Source: a virus. Taken from it: 64,000 bases of DNA. The notes under the pieces were generated by a model. The model was not told the DNA's origin, searched no databases, and saw nothing but the letters and a program-made list of their open reading frames with translations. Each line of letters begins with the position of its first letter. Within the stretch, counting starts at the first letter, position 1. The DNA lies in the IMG/VR virus record IMGVR_UViG_3300033149_003004, positions 1 through 64,000 of that record. One strand, written 5' to 3'. The translations under genes and the position numbers were made by a program. Below, one piece after another: positions 27,991 to 38,402 of the stretch.

Positions 27991-28431
27991 ATGAATAGGA
28001 TTGTGGACAAGTGGAACAAGATGGCGTCTCGGTCCCGGTCCCCGGAGCCTGACGCTTTAACTTTCGAGGACGAGACTTTGGCGTTCGTTCCAGCACACGA
28101 AAGGGTTTCGAAAATGACAAAGCTTAGCGTAGCAATGAATCGCTTCGCCATCGTCGACTTGGCTATGTATGGCCCGGTTGAGAAGGTGGAGGTATTGTTT
28201 CGACAACTCCATGCCGCTGTTGTCAGAATAGGAAAGCGGGTGAGGGGCCGTGGCTTTCGCCGTCCTCCTGCCGGACAGGGAATGTGGCCGAATCTACATG
28301 ATGTAATGCAGTGGCTGAATAGCTTGGACGCTTCGGAGGAAAAAGCTGAGGAGGTAGCGTTCTTACATAAACTGTACAACACATGCAAGGCCAGGGTCCG
28401 GCAGGAAGTGAAGATTGAGTTAGGAATCTGA
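27991..28431 (+). CDS. Hypothetical protein
   Basis: ORF between structural genes; start uncertain. Confidence 0.45.
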   Translation: MNRIVDKWNKMASRSRSPEPDALTFEDETLAFVPAHERVSKMTKLSVAMNRFAIVDLAMYGPVEKVEVLFRQLHAAVVRIGKRVRGRGFRRPPAGQGMWPNLHDVMQWLNSLDASEEKAEEVAFLHKLYNTCKARVRQEVKIELGI

Positions 28432-28434
28432 TAT

Positions 28435-28728
28435 ATGTTCATCGGTTACCAACGAGTCGTTGTTGGCCCTGCCGTGGTGAACCTGACCGGAGTGGTCGCA
28501 GTTCCCGCAGGTACGGTCAGAGTCCAGTTACAAGCGGACTTGCTGAGCATCCGCTACACGATGGATAATGCCACGAATCCGAACGCCGGATTCGGGATGC
28601 TTCTGATTGATGGGTTGTCACCGGAATGGTTCGAATTGGAGGATTTGCTGAGGATGCGAGCAGTGTCCGTCGGAGCTTTATCCGGTTTGAACATCCATTA
28701 CTACGCCCCGAGTTCGTTGAGTGTGTAG
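28435..28728 (+). CDS. Small beta-rich putative virion protein
   Basis: IRYTMDNATNP..GFGMLL pattern. Confidence 0.55.
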   Translation: MFIGYQRVVVGPAVVNLTGVVAVPAGTVRVQLQADLLSIRYTMDNATNPNAGFGMLLIDGLSPEWFELEDLLRMRAVSVGALSGLNIHYYAPSSLSV

Positions 28729-28732
28729 TGCT

Positions 28733-30952
28733 ATGCCAGAATCGAACGATGCACATGAGCGGTTGCTAAAGCTGGTCCGGTCCAGGACGGAGAAAAGGAC
28801 GGAGTTTAACTTCGGCATCCTTACAGCTGACCGCTATGTCAAAACCGTACGGGATGCGATCGGGATGCAAGCTTGTTATCGCCATATGTGCCGGACCAAG
28901 GGCGATTGGGCATCCTTCGATGATGTGATGCGGAAAGCCGCAGGCACTCTGACCTATAGCAACCCTCTCATGGAAGTGAAGTCCAAGGGAAGCTCGTTGG
29001 ATGGCTGGGAGAAACCGAAGAACACACTGATGGTTTTCCGCCACGTGCTCACGACGAGTACGAAGGATCGGGATGGTGACATCCTCCGAACGAAAGGGGC
29101 AAAGCCCGATCCGAAGATGCTGTTGCTGTTTCAGCACGTCCACACGTTGCCGATCGGCAAAATGCTGGGAGTGGCCAGCCACACGAAGGATGAGCTTCAG
29201 CTCTATTCTTGCATCGTGGATATGAATGAGTTATGCCACGATTGTGCTGTGATGGTAGACAATGGCATGGGGCGTTTCTCCCATGGCTTTCGGGCCTTGG
29301 ATTTCCTGGAGATCAAAGAGGGACGGGATTCGACGGGTGGATTCGACGTGAAGGAGTTCGAGATTTTGGAGGAGTCACTTGTCTCTGTCCCTGCTAATCC
29401 GGATGCGGAGACGGAGGAGGTACTGTTGTCGCTGGTTGAAGGGGGGGAATTGACGAGCCCTCTGATGAAGGACTATGGCCAGTCGATTCGAGAACGGCGG
29501 CCGATTTCGATCCCGGTAGAATTGGATGTGAAGGTATCGGTCAACGGCCAGGAGGTGAGAAGTCATGCGAACGAGCCAAGAAACCAGGCGGGAAGAGGAG
29601 CGAGAGAAGGAACCAGCTCACCAGAAGAAACCGAGGATGTTTCCGGTGAAAGATGGACAGGAGAGAAAACGACCGAAGTCGAAGAAGTGAAGCGGGAGGC
29701 ATTTTCTTGCGAGTGCATTGAATGTGGATATGAAATAGAATCCGAGGAGCATTGCCGGGAATTGAAATGTCCGGAATGCGGAGGTGAAATGCGGAGGAAG
29801 GAACGTCCGGGACCAGGCAAAGCTCTTTCCGTCAAGCTTAACTCTGGTGGTGCTCGTCATGCTCAATCATTGATATCTGCTGGTAAGGTGAAGAAAACCG
29901 GGTCTTGGGATGCCCCAAGCGCTGGAATGCAAAACGCATACATCGAGGAGCATGGCATGAAAGCCTACGGCAAGTGGTTCCTCGGAATCCGACCGCAGGC
30001 AGACCCAGAATTGAAGGCCGCTTGGGCCTACCCCTTCACGAGTGATTTCGTCAACGTGGACCGCTCTGGTTTGGCAGCAATTCGACAGCGAGCTGGGCAG
30101 CAGGACGAGAAGGATGTGTTTGATGCCGCCGGAAAACTCATGGAGGCCATCGACAAGGAGGAGGAGAAGGTGTATCAGCCCGAAGGGCAGAAACCGTACC
30201 CGAACGAACATGCTCTACGTCTGAACGATCCGGACAAGTATGAGCGAATCCGTCGACAGAACGACAAGTTCGGACCAGGTATCCATGCCATCTTCGGCAT
30301 TACCGATGATGGCAAGACGGAGCTCCAGGCTATTCGATTCTCCGCCAATAAATTCACACCAGAGGAAGCGAAAAAGTGGTTGGAGGAACACGATTACAAG
30401 ACAGACGGTTTCGAGCCGGCGAAAAAGCCGGAAAAGCAATTAATCGACGATACCGTTTCGGGAGGTTCCGAGGCGGTCCCTCCCGAAACTGATTATGGGC
30501 GAGAGGATAAACAGATGGTCTGCCCTGAGTGTAATTACGTGGGTCCTGGTAAGGACAGCAGATGCCCGGAGTGTGGGGCTAAGTTGATCCCCAGAAAGGA
30601 TTTCATCTTGGAGAAAGCTGGTCGAGTGTTGAGCAAGGCTAACGAGTCGAAGATTCGAGAAGCGATCGACGACCTCGACGAGGCATTTAAGATGGAAGGG
30701 GTACCTCGTGGCTGCAAAGCGTTGATCAACCAAGCTAAGCATGTCCTGAGCGAGGTGATGGAATCTCTCGGTGAGGGAGAAAGTGTAGAAAAAGCAGAGC
30801 GAAGACCGAGCGTGAAGGAAGCTCTGGCCATTGTCTTGGCCGAGGGCGGAGAAGAGGAACTGAAGATTATGGCGTCGATGCTGAAGGCGATTGAAGACAG
30901 TCGTCGCGATGATGCCATGGTCAAGCAGTATATGGAAGTGTGTAGCAATTGA
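28733..30952 (+). CDS. HK97-type prohead protease with multidomain C-terminal extension
   Basis: KDRDGDI, LLFQH..PIGK, FSHGF, EESLVSVPANPDA; Zn ribbons; PYPNEHALRL domain; KAGRVLS. Confidence 0.9.
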   Translation: MPESNDAHERLLKLVRSRTEKRTEFNFGILTADRYVKTVRDAIGMQACYRHMCRTKGDWASFDDVMRKAAGTLTYSNPLMEVKSKGSSLDGWEKPKNTLMVFRHVLTTSTKDRDGDILRTKGAKPDPKMLLLFQHVHTLPIGKMLGVASHTKDELQLYSCIVDMNELCHDCAVMVDNGMGRFSHGFRALDFLEIKEGRDSTGGFDVKEFEILEESLVSVPANPDAETEEVLLSLVEGGELTSPLMKDYGQSIRERRPISIPVELDVKVSVNGQEVRSHANEPRNQAGRGAREGTSSPEETEDVSGERWTGEKTTEVEEVKREAFSCECIECGYEIESEEHCRELKCPECGGEMRRKERPGPGKALSVKLNSGGARHAQSLISAGKVKKTGSWDAPSAGMQNAYIEEHGMKAYGKWFLGIRPQADPELKAAWAYPFTSDFVNVDRSGLAAIRQRAGQQDEKDVFDAAGKLMEAIDKEEEKVYQPEGQKPYPNEHALRLNDPDKYERIRRQNDKFGPGIHAIFGITDDGKTELQAIRFSANKFTPEEAKKWLEEHDYKTDGFEPAKKPEKQLIDDTVSGGSEAVPPETDYGREDKQMVCPECNYVGPGKDSRCPECGAKLIPRKDFILEKAGRVLSKANESKIREAIDDLDEAFKMEGVPRGCKALINQAKHVLSEVMESLGEGESVEKAERRPSVKEALAIVLAEGGEEELKIMASMLKAIEDSRRDDAMVKQYMEVCSN

Positions 30953-30979
30953 ACCTTTTGAAATAAGGAAATTGAGACA

Positions 30980-32578
30980 ATGTTGAAGTTGACTAAGGCA
31001 TTGCGGGAATGGCTCATAGCCAACCGGGAGATCGAGCAGGATGCCGAAGACGAAACGTTTCGTCTGGAGGTTGGTAAAGCGATCGCTGATGGTTCGCTAT
31101 CAGTCGAAGAGTTCTCGAAATTGATTCGAGACGAAAAAGTTGGTGAAGCCAACGAGTTTGCCAAGCGATTGGAGCGGTTGGACAAGATGGCCGACAGCAT
31201 CGAAGGCTTGACAAAAGCTATGGCTATCAAGGAAGAAGAAGAGAAGAAAGTGAATCTCCAAGTCGAGGATAAGACAGATGGTCTGAAGGACGTGAGCAAG
31301 ATGATTGTCGAGAACAGCACCGCTCAGGATGGCGAGCATCGTTCTGACGTCCGATTGAAGACTGTGAAGGAAATCTTCTCTACAACCACGAAGACGATGA
31401 CTTATCCAAGCACCGATCGTCGGGGAGAACGGCATCGGATGGCCGGACAACCCGTTGTGGTTGATGGACATCGAACGCTCATGGAGCCCAGCGATCTGGA
31501 CAAGGCGTGTGCGGGAGCTTGGGCGAAGTTTCAGATTGCGTCGGTTACGCCCCTCTTGGCGGGCAACCCTTCGCTGGCATGGGAGCGGTTGAGCGAAACG
31601 GAAAAGATGTTGCTTGACCATCTATGCAAGGAAGGTGATTGGGATGCGACGGACCGCGATGGACATCCCCGGATGGAGAAGGGATACCGGGGTGGCACGA
31701 AGCAGCTGATCGACGATGTGATTAGCGGTGGGTTCGAGGCAACGCCGATCGTGTTCGATGATCAAGCAATCGAAACCCCGCGACTGTACGGCGAGCTGTA
31801 CCCGCTAGTCAACGAGATCCCGCTGGCCCGCGGCCGGCGAGTCGAGGGAGTATCGGTAGGGACTGTGACGGTGGCTTGGGGAGGAGTCGACGCTACAGCT
31901 ATCGCTCTGTTCAACACGGCGGGATTCGTCGCTGCCTTCGACACGACGATCTACCGGTGTCAAGGAGCAGTGGTGATCGGACTGGATTTCATGTCGGACT
32001 CGCCGATTGACTTTGGCAGTTTGATCACCAAGCAGTACGGTGAGCAGTTGCTTGTATCGCTGGATAACGTGATTGCTACCGGGAATGGCACCACGCAACC
32101 GCAAGGTATTATGAATGCAGCCGGCACAACCGTTGTGGCGTTCGGTGGAACGACAACTCTGGGAGCTTACGAGTCGTTGTTGTTCGGAGTGCACAAGCGA
32201 GAGCTACTACCTAACGTGCTGAGCAGTTACGTGTTCTGTGGCACGGATACGAGCTACAGCCGGGCCCGCGGCCTGAATGTCACAGCCGCGGATCAACGAC
32301 GTCTTGGCGGTGGCGAAGCGGGACAGGGTGATTACAGGTCGTATACTTGGATGGGACGGCCGTACAAAATCAATGAGAGCTTGACGAATCAGCAGATCTT
32401 CTGTGGTGTCCTGGCGAACTACCAGATGTATCGACGGAAGGGATTTACGGTCCGGACGAGCACGGAGGGAGACACGCTGATTCGGGCGAACGAGCTTTTG
32501 ATTATGTTCATGGCCCGTTATGGTGGACAGTTGAAGAGAGGAGCTTGTGCTGCGGTGACGAACACTGCTCCAGCCTAG
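30980..32578 (+). CDS. Major capsid protein (HK97 fold, N-terminal delta/scaffold domain)
   Basis: Follows the protease; SGGFEATPIVF, LDNVIATGNGTTQPQGIMN, WMGRPYKINE, ARYGG. Confidence 0.9.
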   Translation: MLKLTKALREWLIANREIEQDAEDETFRLEVGKAIADGSLSVEEFSKLIRDEKVGEANEFAKRLERLDKMADSIEGLTKAMAIKEEEEKKVNLQVEDKTDGLKDVSKMIVENSTAQDGEHRSDVRLKTVKEIFSTTTKTMTYPSTDRRGERHRMAGQPVVVDGHRTLMEPSDLDKACAGAWAKFQIASVTPLLAGNPSLAWERLSETEKMLLDHLCKEGDWDATDRDGHPRMEKGYRGGTKQLIDDVISGGFEATPIVFDDQAIETPRLYGELYPLVNEIPLARGRRVEGVSVGTVTVAWGGVDATAIALFNTAGFVAAFDTTIYRCQGAVVIGLDFMSDSPIDFGSLITKQYGEQLLVSLDNVIATGNGTTQPQGIMNAAGTTVVAFGGTTTLGAYESLLFGVHKRELLPNVLSSYVFCGTDTSYSRARGLNVTAADQRRLGGGEAGQGDYRSYTWMGRPYKINESLTNQQIFCGVLANYQMYRRKGFTVRTSTEGDTLIRANELLIMFMARYGGQLKRGACAAVTNTAPA

Positions 32579-32611
32579 ACGATGAGAGGAAGATAGTGCT
32601 TTCCTGGCAAG

Positions 32612-32660
32612 GCCCCTGCCGGCGGACTTGGTTCTCCCGACGCCGGCAGGGGGATTTTCT
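32612..32660 (+). terminator. Probable intrinsic terminator after the capsid gene
   Basis: CCCCTGCCGGCG...CGCCGGCAGGGG stem followed by ATTTTCTCT. Confidence 0.6.
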
Positions 32661-32707
32661 CTGGATCGGGGGAATCGAATGCCATTTTTTCAGGAGAGAA
32701 AACAACG

Positions 32708-33331
32708 ATGAGTACAGTGATGGAAAAAAAGGTGTCGGTGACGCCGTTCACGATCGAAGCGAGAACACCTCGTAATCAAGACTTGCTGATCCAGTGCCTC
32801 GACGGGATGCGGCTGCGAGGAGCAGTCAGTGCGACGGTTGAACTGTTCGACAAGCAATGGCAAGGGGAAGATTTCGACAGCGAAACCGAGACTGTTCCGA
32901 GTCCTGCCAAGGTTATTCCTGGCGTCGGGGAGTTGCCAGGTGAGCAATTACATGTGAATCCTGCAACCGGAGAGTGGAAGACGTTTGATCCACTCTACAA
33001 GAAGGACGGTGTGCTGGAACGAATTCGCAAAGCGATCAAGCGCGGGACCGGAATATCAAATGTCGGTGAACGTCTTCAGGGGGTCAAGTCCAGAAAAGGC
33101 AGAGTCGATCCGGATAGGATGAAAACTCTGTGCCGCGAACTGCTCTGCTTCGTAGAGGCGAAGGAAGCTAGGGTGGTGAAAGGGATCACCCCGACTACTG
33201 AGGATATTGATGAGCTGCCCGGTCGTTACTTGTTGAACTGGTCGGACCGTGGCAAGTGGCATCAGCCGCGGTATGAGGATCAGCTCACCGACTGGACTAG
33301 GCGGGTAAATCAATTGACGGAGGAAGTGTGA
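32708..33331 (+). CDS. Hypothetical protein
   Basis: AGGAG RBS; follows the capsid gene. Confidence 0.65.
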   Translation: MSTVMEKKVSVTPFTIEARTPRNQDLLIQCLDGMRLRGAVSATVELFDKQWQGEDFDSETETVPSPAKVIPGVGELPGEQLHVNPATGEWKTFDPLYKKDGVLERIRKAIKRGTGISNVGERLQGVKSRKGRVDPDRMKTLCRELLCFVEAKEARVVKGITPTTEDIDELPGRYLLNWSDRGKWHQPRYEDQLTDWTRRVNQLTEEV

Positions 33332-33840
33332 TGGCTCTCCCGGCCGCTTTTCCCCAAGCTCCGATAGGTGGAAGGGTTTCATATCCGAAGCCTAGTGGTC
33401 AGGTTGAAGCTGCCCGACAGCGCCGGATGGCAAGGGCGGGTGCTGGGGAAGTGCGGATCGAGTGGTTCATCAAAAATGTTTGCAAAACCGTCGCGATCGC
33501 TATGAGGCAGAGAGTAGCTATCGCTACGCATCTGCTGAAAGACCGAGTAGTGCGAAACATATCGACTCCCGTTCTGAAAGGCATCGGTCCCCGTGGCGGT
33601 CGTGTAGTGACCGGGCGGAGTGTAGCCGGCGAATTTCCTCACGCAGAAACCACGCAATTGATGAAGACGATCTTTGAGGAAATTCAAGAGACAAGTCCTG
33701 GAGTATTCGATGGATTCGTTGGTACGCCGCTGGAGTACGGTCTGATTTTGGAGACACGGTTGAATCGATCGTTTTTGGTGCGGACTCTGTATGAGTCGAT
33801 GGATGACATTCGAGCAATGTTGTCGGGGCCAGTAGCATGA
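33328..33840 (+). CDS. HK97 gp10-like neck/tail component
   Basis: RSVAGEFPHAETTQL, VGTPLEYGLILE...RSFL. Confidence 0.7.
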   Translation: MMALPAAFPQAPIGGRVSYPKPSGQVEAARQRRMARAGAGEVRIEWFIKNVCKTVAIAMRQRVAIATHLLKDRVVRNISTPVLKGIGPRGGRVVTGRSVAGEFPHAETTQLMKTIFEEIQETSPGVFDGFVGTPLEYGLILETRLNRSFLVRTLYESMDDIRAMLSGPVA

Positions 33841-34337
33841 GCGTTGGGCAAGCCGATCTTGCGAAGGCGATCAATGTAGTCTGGGATGCAAGCGGGCTGA
33901 ATGATCTGTTCAAGGCTCTGTGGCCGGCCGGCGTCGCTGCTGTCGAGTTCCCAGTGCTGCATGAGGGACAGGCTGGTGGGGATCAGCCCTGGCCGTACTG
34001 CGTGTTCGAAATGCCCGGAGCTTCTACGGCAACGAGAATGTCGAAAGGGGTGTCGGATCTCTGGGAGACAAGGGACGCAGCCGTGATGTTCAGAGTACAT
34101 TCGTCTGCTGTATCTGGTGATGACAGATCGGCTAAGCAGATTGCTGCCTACTTGGTCGAGGAGATCATGAAGGTGTTTGGCGGGCATCCTACAGTGTCTC
34201 CGACGGATTTAGAATTGGACAACGGGAACTTTTTGAATTCGATCTTTCAGAATGACTTTGCGGTGCGAGAAGATGAGGATCATTACGTGTGGACGGTGAG
34301 CTACATCTTCCGTCTGGATGTCCCGATCATGGCGTGA
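33837..34337 (+). CDS. Tail terminator/completion protein
   Basis: WPYCVF motif; position. Confidence 0.65.
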   Translation: MSVGQADLAKAINVVWDASGLNDLFKALWPAGVAAVEFPVLHEGQAGGDQPWPYCVFEMPGASTATRMSKGVSDLWETRDAAVMFRVHSSAVSGDDRSAKQIAAYLVEEIMKVFGGHPTVSPTDLELDNGNFLNSIFQNDFAVREDEDHYVWTVSYIFRLDVPIMA

Positions 34338-34350
34338 GGAGGGAGATAAT

Positions 34351-35229
34351 ATGGCAAGACAGATGGACTCAATGAGCATATCGCTCAAGGCGAGTGGCTC
34401 GCTGAAAAACGTGCTGGATGACGGTTCCAGCTCTCCCATCAACCATCCGAACTTTGCGTACACGAAAAGCGGATCGACTCTGTCGAGTGGAATAAACGAC
34501 AATGAGGCAAACCGTGCCTGGCAAAGCAAAAACAGAACGCTGATAGAAGGGACGAGCGAGACTCTTGATCTGTATGACTTGGCTGGGATAGACATTGGAG
34601 CCGGTGCCGGGATGGACGGAGTCGGACAGCCGATCATCTTCGAGGAGATTGTGTTCTTGGCGATTGTCAACGAGAATGCAGTCGGGACAGACGGAGCGTT
34701 AGAAATCGCTCCCGCTGGCGTTGCTGGGTGGGCCCCGATCGGTACGCATACGGTAGCTACAGGCGGAGCTCTGTACGGACAGGGGGTGTTGCTGAAGATT
34801 CAGCTTGATGAGCGTGGGTTCGACGTGCAGGATGGAGTCAGTCATCGGATTACGCTGGGAGCGAACGGTGGGGATGTGATTTATTCGATATACATTGTGG
34901 CCCGACATGATGATGAGGAGTCATCCAGTTCCAGCAGTTCGCTCAGTTCCAGTTCGGCCAGCAGCGAGAGTAGCTCCAGTAGTCTCAGTAGCTCCAGTAG
35001 TAGCTCTAGCAGTAGCTCTTCGAGCAGCGAGAGCAGTGTGAGTATGAGCAGTTCCAGCAGTTCGTCGGCAACGTCGAGCAGCTCTTCGGTCAGCAGCAGT
35101 TCATCGAGCAGTTCGTTTAGCTCGAAGTCTAGCAGTTCGTCGGCAACGTCTAGCTCCAGCAGTTCGTCTGCTACGTCGAGTAGCTCTTCGAGCAGTAGTT
35201 CTGCGACGAGTTCTTCATGGTCGTCATAG
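34351..35229 (+). CDS. Virion-region protein with C-terminal poly-Ser tract
   Basis: GGAG RBS; about 100 terminal residues almost all Ser. Confidence 0.75.
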   Translation: MARQMDSMSISLKASGSLKNVLDDGSSSPINHPNFAYTKSGSTLSSGINDNEANRAWQSKNRTLIEGTSETLDLYDLAGIDIGAGAGMDGVGQPIIFEEIVFLAIVNENAVGTDGALEIAPAGVAGWAPIGTHTVATGGALYGQGVLLKIQLDERGFDVQDGVSHRITLGANGGDVIYSIYIVARHDDEESSSSSSSLSSSSASSESSSSSLSSSSSSSSSSSSSSESSVSMSSSSSSSATSSSSSVSSSSSSSSFSSKSSSSSATSSSSSSSATSSSSSSSSSATSSSWSS

Positions 35230-35276
35230 TAAGCGAGGTAAGAATTGATCTACTCGTAGAAGAGAGGAGATAGCGG

Positions 35277-35708
35277 ATGAGTTCCGAAAATACTCTAACT
35301 GGACGCTCTGGAAAATTCATGGTCGACGGCAGCTTGGTAGCGAGGTGCACTCAGTGGCAAGTGACAAGAACACTCGCCTCGAAATCTGAGTGGGGGGATT
35401 CCGATTCGGGAGGACATACGAACCGAGCGGCAGGTAGAAGAGATTCCACTTTCACAGCAGAGGGCAAGTACGATACGTCCAATGAGGTGTTTGACCTGTT
35501 CGAGGAAGGTGACATTGTGCAGGCGACACTGTTCTTGAATGCCACAGCCCCACTCCTCTACTATGATTTTCCAAGGGCTTTATGTGATAACTTTCAATTG
35601 ACGGTGAATGTGGATTCCGGTGAAGTGATTGGTTGGACATCGTCTTGGGGTGAAGACGGGAAGAGCTATTATCCTGGCGAGGTCGGTGCTCCTGAGAGGA
35701 CACTATAA
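35277..35708 (+). CDS. Tail tube protein
   Basis: Size, beta-rich pattern (GRSGKF...WQV...DSDSGG..) and position. Confidence 0.65.
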   Translation: MSSENTLTGRSGKFMVDGSLVARCTQWQVTRTLASKSEWGDSDSGGHTNRAAGRRDSTFTAEGKYDTSNEVFDLFEEGDIVQATLFLNATAPLLYYDFPRALCDNFQLTVNVDSGEVIGWTSSWGEDGKSYYPGEVGAPERTL

Positions 35709-35720
35709 GGAAGTGAGAGC

Positions 35721-35973
35721 ATGGGCTGTATCTACGTAGTAAAGACATTCATCAGAAGTTAGGCGAAAGATGAGTGCTTCACATATTGGAATCGTGTTTT
35801 CAGAGGAGCACAAACGCAGGATTAGTGAGGCAAAATGTGGAAAACCTCGTCCAGATATGATTGGCAATCAGTTCGCTAGAAGGATGAAGCATACAGAAGA
35901 ATGGAAGCAAGCCAGAAGGGAAGCAATGCTGAAGTTCTATCGCTACAAGGATTGGGAATTATGCCTATTGTAG
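35721..35973 (+). pseudogene. Deleted GIY-YIG homing endonuclease remnant retaining NUMOD3-like repeats
   Basis: MGCIYVVK start joined out of frame to EVRRKMSASHIG..FSEEHKRRISEAK. Confidence 0.6.
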
Positions 35974-36827
35974 CTGGCCATGATCCATTGAATTGGTCGA
36001 TGCAAATTGCGGTCACCTATCGCTGCAACTCTGCTTGCAAATGGTGTGTACAGCATTTGGACAAGATACGATGGCAAGTGGACACGGACATCACAGCTGA
36101 GGAAATTAGGACTGCCGCTCGCTTGCTGAAGCACTATGGGATAAGGATTAACAAGCTCCGCATCACTGGTGGAGAGCCTCTAGTACATCCTGGATTAAGG
36201 CAAATACTTGAAGTGGTCAATGAAACGTGGGCACCGCGGTCTGGTTGGTTCCGCATCTACTCGAATGGCAAGCTGCCCCGACTTCGTGGAGTACCCGGAC
36301 GATTTTCCGTGGTGCCGGTAGACAGTGCAAAAAAGACGGATGCTTTCACGCCATTCAACGTCTCGCCGGCTGACTTAGGAATCGAGCCTAAGTTTGGCTT
36401 CATTCGACCCTGCGTGCAGCAGCTCTACTGTGGACGATGGTTCGACTGCTTCGGATTCACATCGTGTGGCGTGGCCGGTGTGCTCGGGGCGATGCTTGGG
36501 GAGGATACGTACGAACCGCTGCCTGTGATGATGGGCCGACCATCCGTTTGCCAGCATTGTCTCTATAGCTTGTCGAAGAAGGAGAGGCACGCCATCACGT
36601 ATCGAGTGAAGGCCGGGGACATCCCGGATGTGACGAAGACGTTTGAGCGTGCAATAGAGCGGTGGCATGATGATCCTCCCCATCCTCGCCGTTTTTGGGA
36701 TCGTTTGCCTACAGAGTATCTCTTGCCAGGAGAACACGACGATCATGAGGATAGATCCGAAACAACTTTTGACCATCACGAAAACGGAAGTACACTACTG
36801 GCCTTTGTGCCAGTGCAAAGCGTGTGA
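35961..36827 (+). CDS. Radical SAM protein
   Basis: CNSACKWC (CxxxCxxC), ITGGEPLVHP, YSNG. Confidence 0.9.
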   Translation: MPIVAGHDPLNWSMQIAVTYRCNSACKWCVQHLDKIRWQVDTDITAEEIRTAARLLKHYGIRINKLRITGGEPLVHPGLRQILEVVNETWAPRSGWFRIYSNGKLPRLRGVPGRFSVVPVDSAKKTDAFTPFNVSPADLGIEPKFGFIRPCVQQLYCGRWFDCFGFTSCGVAGVLGAMLGEDTYEPLPVMMGRPSVCQHCLYSLSKKERHAITYRVKAGDIPDVTKTFERAIERWHDDPPHPRRFWDRLPTEYLLPGEHDDHEDRSETTFDHHENGSTLLAFVPVQSV

Positions 36828-37020
36828 AGTCGAGCGGGCCCGCCGGAAGACCCTTCCCGAGTCCCACCTGCTAAGCGTCTCGGTCGAGACTGCCTATGTT
36901 CTGGGCTTAATCCCCTCCCGATGTCCGGAAGGTTCGTTGGCAAGGAAGCTGAGTCGCACGCCGAAGTAATTTGGTAACGGTCAAAGGAAAACTCCATCAG
37001 GAAGTGTTTCCGATGGAGCC

Positions 37021-37815
37021 ATGGAGAGGGAGCCAACGACTGTGTCATGGTATCTACCAGAACGACGAACTTTGTTTCTCCATGTGCCAAGGACGGGAGG
37101 CACATGGGTCAAGGAAGCGTTGTATCAATCCGGCATACCGATTCAGAAATGGGGCAAGATCGGTGAACCGTGGCAGCAGCAAAAACATACGATTCCGATG
37201 CATGTGCGGACGGAGCTAATGCAGAAGGTCAATCTTATGTTTGCGTTCGTCCGTCGGCCGGTTGAGTATTACATATCCGTTTGGCGATTCACGTGCCGGA
37301 GTGTCAAGCAGCAGCCAGATAAGATGAAATTGGTCTTCGATCGTCGCGATCCAGCTGTTCACAACGAAGCGATCTTGCGATGGAAACCGGACTTCCGCGA
37401 TTGGCTGGCCGAGATGCTTGAGGAGGAGCCTGGTTGGGCTACGCGGTGGTTTGAACGGTATGTCGGACCGGAGCGAGGGGAATATTGCCATTACATTGGC
37501 CGGACGGAGACGGTGGAGCAGGACTTCCGCGAGATTATGGATCTGCTTGGCTTTGGGAATCGCTGGCGAAAAAACGAGGACAAGATAAATCGGATTCACC
37601 ATGCGAAGAACAGAATCCGAGTGACGAAGGCTCCTCACATACAGCTTACTGATACCGAGATCGGGTTAATAGAGCGAAGTGAGCGGGTACTGCTTCGTCG
37701 TTTCTATGGGGAAACGACTGTGAATAGGCGAGTGTATCGAAACTTTGAGACAGGAGAGCCAGCATGGGTGAAAAAGAAGCCAGGGCTTTGGGATCGGGTA
37801 GCAAGATCGTTGTAA
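37021..37815 (+). CDS. Sulfotransferase-fold protein
   Basis: FLHVPRTGGT 5'-PSB loop, FAFVRRP..YYISVW, IGRTE. Confidence 0.75.
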   Translation: MEREPTTVSWYLPERRTLFLHVPRTGGTWVKEALYQSGIPIQKWGKIGEPWQQQKHTIPMHVRTELMQKVNLMFAFVRRPVEYYISVWRFTCRSVKQQPDKMKLVFDRRDPAVHNEAILRWKPDFRDWLAEMLEEEPGWATRWFERYVGPERGEYCHYIGRTETVEQDFREIMDLLGFGNRWRKNEDKINRIHHAKNRIRVTKAPHIQLTDTEIGLIERSERVLLRRFYGETTVNRRVYRNFETGEPAWVKKKPGLWDRVARSL

Positions 37816-38402
37816 ATGATGTGGAGTACACGCTTCGTCCGATCACTGTGCAGCACTTGTGTGATCTGGAACGAGAAGCGTTGCAGTTCTACAAGAGGCA
37901 GAGTCTGGAGACGATCACGGCGAACGCTGATCTGTTGGGGAGTAGGGCCGATGAATTGATTCGTGATAAGCTGGAAGAGCTGGCCAAGCTATCTCTGGAC
38001 GATTTGCCGAGGAAGATGGCCTATGATGCTTCTCGCTTGCCTGTGACAGACAAGCTACGAGCGTGGGCACAGAAATACAATGCTGAGATTGGTGGGATGG
38101 ATGGGAAGTTGAGCGATGCCAGAGTCAAGACTCTGGTTGTTACCGCTCTAGATCGGGAGCAGCTGACTTCGGACAAGGTGAAGGAGCTGACAGGCAGGCG
38201 TCCGGTACAGGCTCGTGTGCGTTACGATCAGTGGTGGGTGACGGGTTGTTTTGAGGGAATGGTATCATTTATCCATAGCTCGATCCGGCATGATCATCCG
38301 AACGTATCTAAACAGCAGATTCGGGACTGGCCGGTGTCAGCTATATTCGAGTCCGCGAGGGAGGTGGAATCCATCACCATGCCGAATTTGGGAAATGGGT
38401 AG
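37764..38402 (+). CDS. Tail assembly chaperone (gpG-like)
   Basis: Upstream of tape measure; ends at a slippery heptamer. Confidence 0.7.
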   Translation: MGEKEARALGSGSKIVVNDVEYTLRPITVQHLCDLEREALQFYKRQSLETITANADLLGSRADELIRDKLEELAKLSLDDLPRKMAYDASRLPVTDKLRAWAQKYNAEIGGMDGKLSDARVKTLVVTALDREQLTSDKVKELTGRRPVQARVRYDQWWVTGCFEGMVSFIHSSIRHDHPNVSKQQIRDWPVSAIFESAREVESITMPNLGNG

